Source: Methanomassiliicoccales archaeon PtaU1.Bin124
GTDB taxonomy: Archaea > Thermoplasmatota > Thermoplasmata > Methanomassiliicoccales > UBA472
DNA length: 64,000 bases
Reading direction: 5' to 3'
NCBI GenBank assembly: GCA_002067865.1
Contig: MVRC01000011.1
Location: forward strand, 136,573-200,572
Numbering within the stretch: the first letter of the stretch is position 1; each line of letters starts with the position of its first letter. The notes beneath the pieces were generated by a model that was not told the origin of the DNA, made no database searches, and worked only from the letters and a program-made list of their open reading frames with translations. Made by a program: the position numbers and the translations under genes. Below are positions 38,471-46,622 of this stretch, piece by piece.

Positions 38471-38965
38471 GCCGAGCGCCCTTCTGCATTCTTGCAGGAG
38501 CTCATCAACCTCGGGAACCTGATGCGTATCTGGAGGGACCCAGGCCATGGTGATCCTCCTTTCTTTATCGATCAGGAGGGCCGCCCTGCATGTCCTTCCC
38601 TTCAGCCAGCTATCCTCGGGGCACATCATGCCCAATCGTAACGCCACGATCCCTTTCACATCGCTGAGGAGCGGGAATTGAATTCTCATATTGCCCTTCC
38701 AGGCTGCGTGGGAGTAGGTGGTGTTGGTGCTCAGCCCAACGACCTGGATGCCCATCTCCTCGAATCTGTGAAGGTTGTCGCGGATAGCTCCCATCTCGAT
38801 CGAGCATAGCATGCCGAAATCGGTCGGGTAGAACAATAAAAGCACCGGCCCCCCATTCAACAGTTCGCTCAATCGGACGTTCTTACCTGTATCGTCGGGA
38901 AGCTCGAAATCGGCCACCTCGGTGCCGATCTCTGGGCGTCTTCCTGTCAGCATATCGGACATCAA
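38456..38965 (-). CDS. AhpC/TSA (BCP-like) redoxin
   Basis: DFELPD, FYPTDFGMLC, FPLLSD. Confidence 0.8.
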   Translation of the reverse strand: MMSDMLTGRRPEIGTEVADFELPDDTGKNVRLSELLNGGPVLLLFYPTDFGMLCSIEMGAIRDNLHRFEEMGIQVVGLSTNTTYSHAAWKGNMRIQFPLLSDVKGIVALRLGMMCPEDSWLKGRTCRAALLIDKERRITMAWVPPDTHQVPEVDELLQECRRALGLTIP

Positions 38966-38994
38966 CCGACCGTCTTCATCAAATCGTTTGCGGT

Positions 38995-39486
38995 CTAGCC
39001 TTCCCTGTCCAAGCGTTCCGCTAGCTCGATGAGCAGGTCGTAATCGGGCTCCAGCGCCGGGTCGTTAGGGGCCCAAGCATATCGGACTATACCGTTCTTA
39101 TCAAGCATGAAGCAGGCCCGGTATGAACGGTCCCCGAGGAAGCCATTGTCGTCCCCATACAGGTCATACGCCTTTGTGACGGAACAATCCACATCGCTGA
39201 GCAGGAAGAAGGGCAGGCGCAGCGAATCGCTCCAGGCTCCGTGCGAGTACGTGGTGTTGCAGCTGATCGGGACGAAAAGGCAATGGTCCTTCAGCTCCGA
39301 ATAGATCTCCCTGAACGCCTTCATCACCACGGAGCACATCACGCCAAAGTCCGATGGGTAGAAGTAGACGAGGATGGGCTTGCCACCGTACAGACTGGAA
39401 AGCCTGATCATCTCGCCGGTCTCGGTAGGGAGATCGAAGTCAGGCGCCTTGCTGCCCTGCTTCAGTCCCAGTTCTCTTTCGGTCAT
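38995..39486 (-). CDS. AhpC/TSA (BCP-like) redoxin, tandem paralog
   Basis: APDFDL, FYPSDFGVMC, FFLLSD. Confidence 0.8.
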   Translation of the reverse strand: MTERELGLKQGSKAPDFDLPTETGEMIRLSSLYGGKPILVYFYPSDFGVMCSVVMKAFREIYSELKDHCLFVPISCNTTYSHGAWSDSLRLPFFLLSDVDCSVTKAYDLYGDDNGFLGDRSYRACFMLDKNGIVRYAWAPNDPALEPDYDLLIELAERLDREG

Positions 39487-39522
39487 CTCATACCTTCCTT
39501 CGCCCGGAGGTGTCCGAGGAAA

Positions 39523-40587
39523 TCAAAGCATGTGCCTTCCATCCTTCATGATCAGAACATCATCGACGTAGACCGTCGGCTTGAGCACCAGATTGTCCAG
39601 GTGGATGAGCGCATGGGCGTCATGGTCCAGGTTCATGCCGATGGCGAAGTGCACCGTGCCCATGATCTTCTCGTCCTCCAATATGTTGCAGCTCATGCGG
39701 GCATTGGGGTTGAGACCGATCCCCAGCTCCCCTAGGTGCCTGGTGTTCCTCTCCTCGTCCTTCATGCCCTTCTCCCGCGCCTCTGCCGCCGAATGGTCGA
39801 GCAGGTCCTGCAATTTCTTGGCGGTGGTGCCACCCGTGATCTCTGCGACGTAGCCGTTCCGGTATACCACCCTGACAGGTTCGTCCGGCATTTCAGAATA
39901 AGTGTCCAGGTCCACGGACCCATCGAACACGATGACGCCCTCGGTGGTGCCGTTGGCAGGGGAAACGTAGACCTCTCCAGTAGGCAGGTTCCCTCCCTGG
40001 CCAGGTTTGCGGAAATCTCCATCATCATATTGTCCCGAACGACCTTTGATGCCGAATGTCACATCCGTGCCGCCCGGGGACATCACCCTGATCCTCTCCC
40101 CCTCGTCGATGACCGCCTTGATCTTCCTGGCGTGACGGCGCAGCTCTTCATAATCGATCGGGACCGTCCGCACCCACATGTCCATGGTCACATTGGGAGA
40201 CCAGAAGGCCCGGCATCTCTTGTCGCCGTCCATGATCTTGTCCCAGATGTGATGATATTTCTTCCCATCCCTGCCGATATAGCCGATCTGCTGTCCATAT
40301 GGGTCCTTTCCCAACCTGCCCCTATTGATGGCGATGATGATGTCCGGTTCGGTTCTGATGGCCTCTAGGACGACCTGGTCCGCGTTCTTGAAGTTGTCCT
40401 TGTCCTGCTGGACCACCAGCACGGGACATGCCTTGAGCTTCTCTGCCTGGCGGAATATCTCCTGGCAGATTTCGAAAGGATCGCCGTCAAGGTTGGTGAT
40501 GATGAGGACCCTCTCTCCTTCCTTCACTCCCAAGACATCGGTCAATGCAAGTTTTACCGCTTCTTTGAACTTATCATCGCCAGGCAT
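39523..40587 (-). CDS. M29 / aminopeptidase T-like metallopeptidase
   Basis: GNLPTGEVY.P, ELGIGLNP, EDEK..GTVHFAIG, HLD. Confidence 0.85.
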   Translation of the reverse strand: MPGDDKFKEAVKLALTDVLGVKEGERVLIITNLDGDPFEICQEIFRQAEKLKACPVLVVQQDKDNFKNADQVVLEAIRTEPDIIIAINRGRLGKDPYGQQIGYIGRDGKKYHHIWDKIMDGDKRCRAFWSPNVTMDMWVRTVPIDYEELRRHARKIKAVIDEGERIRVMSPGGTDVTFGIKGRSGQYDDGDFRKPGQGGNLPTGEVYVSPANGTTEGVIVFDGSVDLDTYSEMPDEPVRVVYRNGYVAEITGGTTAKKLQDLLDHSAAEAREKGMKDEERNTRHLGELGIGLNPNARMSCNILEDEKIMGTVHFAIGMNLDHDAHALIHLDNLVLKPTVYVDDVLIMKDGRHML

Positions 40588-40684
40588 GCTGAGGCAGACG
40601 GTCTATCGGATTATTTATCTCATATGGTGAATCAGCAGAAAAAACTGGAAGAAATGAACGATCCCGCAGCGTCAATGGCACCGT

Positions 40685-41134
40685 TCAACGGACCGTGAAT
40701 TTTTGGGTGGGGACCTTCGCTACTCCGAACCAATATTCCTGGATCACCCTCACGCTGTCTTCGAGCTTCTTGAGACCGATCGGCTTGGTCACATAACCGC
40801 TGGCCCCGCTCTGATATGCCCTTTGGATGTCATCTGGCCGATCTGATCCGGAGAAAACGATCACCGGAACATACCTCAGGTTAGGTCTCTCCCTTATCTT
40901 GCTCAGGAGTTCGAACCCATCCATGAATGGCAGGGAGAGGTCCATCAGGATCAGGTCAGGGATGTTCGCAGGCCCTCGCGCCTCCAGATAGTTCAAAGCC
41001 TCCTCACCGCTACCGACTGAATCGCTCGAGACCTTGAACGAGCTTCTTGAGAGCGCTTCTCTCATGAGCAACTGATCTCCTGGATTATCCTCGATCAGAA
41101 GAATATGATAAGGTCCTGCATACTCATCCATCAT
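40685..41134 (-). CDS. single-domain response regulator (Rcp1-like)
   Basis: LLIEDN, LMDLSLPFMDG, VFSGS, YVTKP. Confidence 0.9.
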   Translation of the reverse strand: MMDEYAGPYHILLIEDNPGDQLLMREALSRSSFKVSSDSVGSGEEALNYLEARGPANIPDLILMDLSLPFMDGFELLSKIRERPNLRYVPVIVFSGSDRPDDIQRAYQSGASGYVTKPIGLKKLEDSVRVIQEYWFGVAKVPTQKFTVR

Positions 41135-41495
41135 TTCAATCTACCATGAACCGGAGCGGAATCTTGAACATTTGCCTAGCTAGGCGATCATACTGGGCAT
41201 TTTCTCTTTAATGGAAAATATACTATTGTTTAGTTAAAGTGTTATTATTAAAATATTAAATATTAATCATGATAACAATGATACATATTAACACGCCATC
41301 TGTATAGCCATATGACATCATTTTTCTTGATATGTTAGCATAATAAATATGATATATAATATTAATATAAATGAATTGAAAACGTAGATTTTTCCTCTCT
41401 ATTAATGTTCTTTAGTCTTTCTTTAGATGAAATTGAGAAACCTATTCAAATATCCCTAGGGCTAGAAGGTGATAGGAAAAGGGGAGGAACTAGGC

Positions 41496-41966
41496 ATGGA
41501 AATAACTGGTGGAAAGCTGTACCTGTTCATCGAACGGGTCCCTCTGAGAACTCATCTGATCCTCAGGAAGGAGCTAGCGAACGGAAGAAAGGTGTTGTAC
41601 GTTTCAAAGAACCCGCCGGTGGTGCTTGAGAACCAACTGTCCTCGGAGGACGGATCCCTGCAGCTCAAATGGCTCTCCCCCAGGACCGACAAGAACTGCA
41701 TCTCTCCCATGAACCTGACCATGATCGAAGATGAGATCTGCAAGTTCATGGAATCGCACAAGGACGGGATCATCGTGATCAACGGACTGGAAGTTCTGGA
41801 AATGTGGAACGGCTTTATGCCGATGGTCAAGATGGTGGAGCGGATCAAGGAGAAGTTGGTCGACCCCGAGAAGGCGATCCTCATCAGCCTGGACCCCAAG
41901 AATCTTGTGTCCAACAACCTCAACAGGCTGGAAAGGGTCACCGATGTGGTCGTGGCCCCAGGTTAA
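41496..41966 (+). CDS. stand-alone DUF835 (inactive KaiC/RecA-like) protein
   Basis: KVLYVSK.PP, WLS, ISP.NL, GIIVINGLE.L..WNGF, ISLDP. Confidence 0.75.
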   Translation: MEITGGKLYLFIERVPLRTHLILRKELANGRKVLYVSKNPPVVLENQLSSEDGSLQLKWLSPRTDKNCISPMNLTMIEDEICKFMESHKDGIIVINGLEVLEMWNGFMPMVKMVERIKEKLVDPEKAILISLDPKNLVSNNLNRLERVTDVVVAPG

Positions 41967-42064
41967 ACACTTTTAGGGACACTTTCCAGTCCGTCCCACA
42001 TTTAAAAATCATTATATGGGCGAGAGTTCACTAAACGCAATCCCAAACAACCTGCAATGGAGGA

Positions 42065-42778
42065 ATGGTCTTGGACAAGCCAATCGGTTCCGAGAAAGAA
42101 TTGGAGGAATTGAGGAAGGAGATGCAGTCCTTCTCCTATTCCATCTCCCACGATTTTCAAGCCCCCGTTCGTAGGATCATCGGGATGGGCCAGATACTAA
42201 AAGAAGACCATTCTCAAGGGCTTGATGACAAGGGGCGCAAGTATCTCGATATCATTGTCGCTGAGGCCACCAGGATGAACGAGATGATCGGCGATCTGCT
42301 CATCTGGTCCAGGGCGAACGCGAGCGCGATCTCGAAGAAGGAGATGGACCTCAGCCGGATGGTGAAGGACCTGATCGATGAGCAGAGGTCTAGGAGTGGG
42401 GCCCCGGAGATCGTCTCCAATGTCTGCAGCGGTCTTAGGGCCGAAGGGGACCCAGCCCTGATCGAGACCGCATTGAGGGAACTGGTCGACAACGCGGTCA
42501 AATTCTCCGATCCTGGAAAGGCGAGGACCATCGAGTTCGGTCATGATCCATCCGCCGATGGCGGTGCCTTCTTCATAAGGGACGAAGGGGTCGGCTTCGA
42601 TATGTCCCATCCGGAGCGGCTGTTCAAGCCGTTCCAGCGTTTCCATGGGGCTGAGTTCCCGGGCGATGGTATGGGTCTCGCCATCGCGTCATTGGTGATA
42701 CGGAAGCATGGTGGAAGGATATGGGCGAGATCGGACCCCGGAAAAGGGACGACCATATTCTTTGCTCTCGGTCCATAG
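42065..42778 (+). CDS. histidine kinase (HisKA + HATPase) without sensor domain
   Basis: H-box SYSISHDFQAP, N-box ELVDNAVKF, G1 DEGVGF, F-box LFKPFQR, G2 GMGLA. Confidence 0.9.
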   Translation: MVLDKPIGSEKELEELRKEMQSFSYSISHDFQAPVRRIIGMGQILKEDHSQGLDDKGRKYLDIIVAEATRMNEMIGDLLIWSRANASAISKKEMDLSRMVKDLIDEQRSRSGAPEIVSNVCSGLRAEGDPALIETALRELVDNAVKFSDPGKARTIEFGHDPSADGGAFFIRDEGVGFDMSHPERLFKPFQRFHGAEFPGDGMGLAIASLVIRKHGGRIWARSDPGKGTTIFFALGP

Positions 42779-42856
42779 AAATTTTCTCTATATAGGTAAA
42801 GTATAGTCGATTTTTCACTGTAGTTTAATATAATACCATCCTCCAATAGAAGAACC

Positions 42857-44455
42857 ATGAGCCCAGGGGAGGACGGGGCGGCGAGGGTCCTGCTCGTCGA
42901 AGATTCCGAGGTCGATGCGATCCTTTTGATGAGGGAGCTCGAGAAGGCGGGTTTGGATCTGGACATGATCAGGGTCGAAACGGAGGACCAGCTCCGAAAA
43001 GAACTGTCGGTAGGCAAGTTCGATGTCGTCATCTCCGATTTCATTCTCCCTCATTTCAACGGCATGGACGCTCTATTGGTCGTCAGAGAGAAGAGCGACG
43101 ACCTGCCCTTCATCCTCGTCTCTGGTAAGATCGGTGAGGAACAGGCCGCCGAGGCCATTCGAAACGGTGCCAACGATTACATCATGAAATCCAACCTGGT
43201 CCGGCTGGGCGTGGCCGTCAAGAGGGCCATGGAGGAGGCGGCCGTCAAGAGGGAGAGGCGGAAGGCCAGGGATGAACTGGAAAGGTCGATGGTCGAACTG
43301 AAATCGAAGACCGACCAGTTGGCGGAAACGAACCGCAAGATGAAGGCGGAGATGGAGGAGAGGAAGAGGGCGCAGGGCGAGTTATTGAAGTCCAGGGAGT
43401 ACATGAAGAGCGTCATCGACAGCGCCCCGGAGCTCATTTTCTCGGTGGACAAGAACATGCGAATCGGCACCTGGAACAAATCCCTGCAAAGGCTGACACA
43501 TTTAGAGGAGAAGGAGGTGCTGAATCGAAGTGTGGAGAAGGTACCTGCCTTCTCTGCCTCCTCCGATCTGATCAAGGCGCTGAAGACGCCCAATCTCATC
43601 CCCACGATGAAGATCGAGTTCACCATCACCACCCAGCAGAACGTAAAGAAGATCATCCAGGCCACTGGTTCGACCATAAGGGGCTCGACCGATGAGGAGC
43701 TGGGGACATTGTTCATCGGAAGGGACATCACCCCGAACATCGAGGAGCATGGGAGGCTCATCGAAGGCATGGGCTATCTCATCAAGGACAGGGGGACCAG
43801 GGCATCGATCGACCTCTTCCTTTCTCTGGTGAGGGCAGGAAGGGAGGGCATGTTCATCACCCGTTCCAATCCCACGCTCATATCCAGCCTGCTCCCTTCT
43901 ACCTCGAACATACGGGTGGCCCGTCTATCCCAGGACATGGGGGAGGATGGGTCTGTCTCTCCGACAGGGATCCTCGACATCGTCAATGATTTCGGGACCG
44001 AGCCGAACGTCATCCTGCTGGACGGAGGACATTATCTGGTCGCCATACTGGGGTTTGAGAAGTTCCTTGAGACCGTGTTCCAGCTGTCCGAGACGCTGGC
44101 GAAGCGGAGGACGATCTTCCTAGTGCGCATCGACCCGGCCTTGCTGGATGAAAACAAGATGGCGTTCATCGAGAACGAGCTGATGATCCTCCCTAGCCAG
44201 AAGGTCGAGGACGTGGTCATCGAGGACGAGGTATATTCCCTTCTCAGATTTGTCCATGAGCAGAACGAGAACAACTCGCTGGTATCCTTGAAGAAGATCT
44301 CATCAAAGTTCGATATCTCGCATGTCACGGTGGCCAAGAGGATCGAGAACCTGGAGGCCGATGGCCTGATCTACGTCAAGAAGATCGGGAAGCAGAGGGC
44401 CCCATTCCTCACCGAGAAAGGAAAGACGCTGCTGGCCAAGAGAAGGGCGGCTTGA
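42857..44455 (+). CDS. response regulator REC - coiled coil - PAS - DUF835 - winged HTH
   Basis: LLVEDS..D, ISDFILP..NG, VSG, YIMK; PAS (SVIDSAPELIFSVD..IGTWN); ILLDGGHYL..LGF; HTH (KISSKFDISHVTVAKRIENLEADGLI). Confidence 0.85.
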   Translation: MSPGEDGAARVLLVEDSEVDAILLMRELEKAGLDLDMIRVETEDQLRKELSVGKFDVVISDFILPHFNGMDALLVVREKSDDLPFILVSGKIGEEQAAEAIRNGANDYIMKSNLVRLGVAVKRAMEEAAVKRERRKARDELERSMVELKSKTDQLAETNRKMKAEMEERKRAQGELLKSREYMKSVIDSAPELIFSVDKNMRIGTWNKSLQRLTHLEEKEVLNRSVEKVPAFSASSDLIKALKTPNLIPTMKIEFTITTQQNVKKIIQATGSTIRGSTDEELGTLFIGRDITPNIEEHGRLIEGMGYLIKDRGTRASIDLFLSLVRAGREGMFITRSNPTLISSLLPSTSNIRVARLSQDMGEDGSVSPTGILDIVNDFGTEPNVILLDGGHYLVAILGFEKFLETVFQLSETLAKRRTIFLVRIDPALLDENKMAFIENELMILPSQKVEDVVIEDEVYSLLRFVHEQNENNSLVSLKKISSKFDISHVTVAKRIENLEADGLIYVKKIGKQRAPFLTEKGKTLLAKRRAA

Positions 44456-44533
44456 TATCGAAGCTATGCACTTCGCTAAATCGACATTCGTGGAAGGAAA
44501 GGTATTTCCACGGTAACCACACTTTTGGAGCCC

Positions 44534-45673
44534 ATGAGCCTTTGTCCGGACATGCCAAATGCCGATGCCATATTCCCATCCGTCAACGAAAAGTGGCACA
44601 AGCACGCGGAAAAGCGGTTCGCTAGCCCATTCACCGGCCAGAACTATGACAGGATCGATGTCGATCCGATGATGCTGTCGCACGCGGCGCTCATCACTGG
44701 CTACACCATCAACGATTTCTACACCAAGCCTGCGCTGGGAGCGAGGTGCGTGGCGAACGCATCGGAGATGTACGATCTGCTGCCCGTAACACACTGGTAC
44801 TTCTCGCTGCCTTGGGTGGCGGAACTGGGAGCAGAGATCGAGTTCAAGCCATACCTTCCGCCGGTAGTGAAGGAACCGACCATCAAGGACATCGAGCAGG
44901 TAGACAAACTTGAGGTTCCGGACCTGAACGAGATGGAGAAGGGATGGACCGGGAGCAGGATGATCGAAGCGCAGGACTATGTGCAGCAGCACCTGCCCAA
45001 GATGTTCATTCCAATGACCTACACCTCCGACCTCACCGGAGGCGGGGCGCAGCTATGTGGCATCGCCGATTTCATCATGTGGTCCATGACCGAGAGGGAT
45101 GCGGCGGAGAAATTGGTGGCGAAGTACACCGAAGTGGCGATCAACGGGGCGGAGCTGATGGCCAACCGCTACGGCATGGCGTTCATCTCCACCGGTTCCG
45201 TTCTGGCCAACAACGACATCTTCTCCGACCAGGATGTGAACGACCTGTCGATCAAGTATCTGAAGAGGTTCGTGGACCAGGCCATGAGAAAGGGAGCTGG
45301 GCCGCAGCTGCTGTACCACCTGTGCGGTAACCATGAGACCGATTACAAGCTGTTCCGCGACCAGGTCCCGTTCTCCATGATGACCATCTTCCACATCGGC
45401 TACAAGGGCCGCGAGGTCTTCCCATCCGACATACTGATGAAGGAGTTCGGCGACAGGGCTACCATCATGGGCTCGGTCGACACGAAGATCATGATCCTGC
45501 CGAACCCGAAGAAGGTCTACGAGCAGGCCAAGGAGCAGCTCATCCGAGGCAGGGATAGCAAGTGCGGTTACATATTGGGGACCGCCTGCGAGCTGCCTCC
45601 AGACGCCTATCCGGCCAACGTGCATGCGCTGGTCCAGGCGGCCCGGGACTACGGCACCTACGGGACATGGTGA
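44534..45673 (+). CDS. mtaA: methylcobamide:CoM methyltransferase MtaA/MtbA family, paralog 2
   Basis: YHLCGNHETDYK, GTACELPP; clearly similar to 10379-11497 over the full length. Confidence 0.72.
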   Translation: MSLCPDMPNADAIFPSVNEKWHKHAEKRFASPFTGQNYDRIDVDPMMLSHAALITGYTINDFYTKPALGARCVANASEMYDLLPVTHWYFSLPWVAELGAEIEFKPYLPPVVKEPTIKDIEQVDKLEVPDLNEMEKGWTGSRMIEAQDYVQQHLPKMFIPMTYTSDLTGGGAQLCGIADFIMWSMTERDAAEKLVAKYTEVAINGAELMANRYGMAFISTGSVLANNDIFSDQDVNDLSIKYLKRFVDQAMRKGAGPQLLYHLCGNHETDYKLFRDQVPFSMMTIFHIGYKGREVFPSDILMKEFGDRATIMGSVDTKIMILPNPKKVYEQAKEQLIRGRDSKCGYILGTACELPPDAYPANVHALVQAARDYGTYGTW

Positions 45674-45680
45674 TCGTCCC

Positions 45681-45881
45681 ATGAGGTGCTTCAACTGCGC
45701 CTGGGAAGGTCCGGAGGAGGAGCTGGTGGAGAAACCAGGCAGCCTGATCTTCTATGACTTCGTGGCCCAGCAGACGTTGGGAATGGAAGTGACCAGGTCC
45801 AACCAGCACTGTCCCAAGTGCGACTCGATCCTCAAAAGCCATCGGCTCGTGGGCGGGATGGTCCTGGACCAGGGGATCTGA
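45681..45881 (+). CDS. small zinc-ribbon protein
   Basis: CFNC...CPKC; 7 nt after mtaA2 stop. Confidence 0.7.
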   Translation: MRCFNCAWEGPEEELVEKPGSLIFYDFVAQQTLGMEVTRSNQHCPKCDSILKSHRLVGGMVLDQGI

Positions 45882-45910
45882 GGGGCGGACCAGGAACATC
45901 CGGTCCCCCC

Positions 45911-46411
45911 TCAATTTTTTGTCCTTTCCCTCAAGTTGCGGGCGAAGCGGTCAGCATTGGCCAGGTCTTCGGCGTTCGGCCGGCCCTTGTTCATTCCCCC
46001 GAACAATTTGAGGAAGCTGTTGGTGTTGAAGCCTTTGCAGGCGAACTCGTCGACGATCACATACCCTTTCTTCTGGAGTATGTCCCTGAGGATCGAATGG
46101 TCCTTGGCCACCTTCTCCTCGCCCATGATGGCGCTTGTCGAGAACAGGAACGCCCTCTTCCTGGACACGGGCGGGATCATTTCGGCCAGCTCGATCAATT
46201 TGACATGATGCTTTCCGTCATATATGCCTGACCCAAATCCTATCAGATCGTACTGCTCGATCTCATCGGTACGGACATCCTGAGGTGACTTGATTGTCGC
46301 GTTGAGCGCGTTCGCCATCACACCAGCGACCTTGGCGGTGTTCATGTGGTGGTATGATGAAAGGATCAGAAGCGTCCTCTCCGTTACTACATCCGGGGTC
46401 TTCATTGCCAT
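45911..46411 (-). CDS. flavodoxin-like protein
   Basis: SYHHMNTAKVA, IGFGSGIY, FLFST, F.CKG...GRP...DL..A..F; start 46411 or 46405. Confidence 0.8.
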   Translation of the reverse strand: MAMKTPDVVTERTLLILSSYHHMNTAKVAGVMANALNATIKSPQDVRTDEIEQYDLIGFGSGIYDGKHHVKLIELAEMIPPVSRKRAFLFSTSAIMGEEKVAKDHSILRDILQKKGYVIVDEFACKGFNTNSFLKLFGGMNKGRPNAEDLANADRFARNLRERTKN

Positions 46412-46622
46412 ATCCCCCTGGAAGATACGGTCGGTCCTTTCATACATAGCTTTTCGATGGGGTTCATCGTCGATCTCGTGGACATGTAGATCAGAACATC
46501 TACCGGTGGTCACCGCATATAACGAGGTCGGGCACTGGTGGCCACATCGTGACCAAGCGTAAATGACCATTATATAATCGGAAAATCGTTAGTTCTAAAA
46601 TCACCAGATAGGGGGGTAACGA

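Noticed and set aside
46412-46570. Hairpins upstream of the flavodoxin gene (e.g. GTAGAT-N6-ATCTAC) as an FMN riboswitch
   Set aside because: No FMN aptamer consensus recognisable
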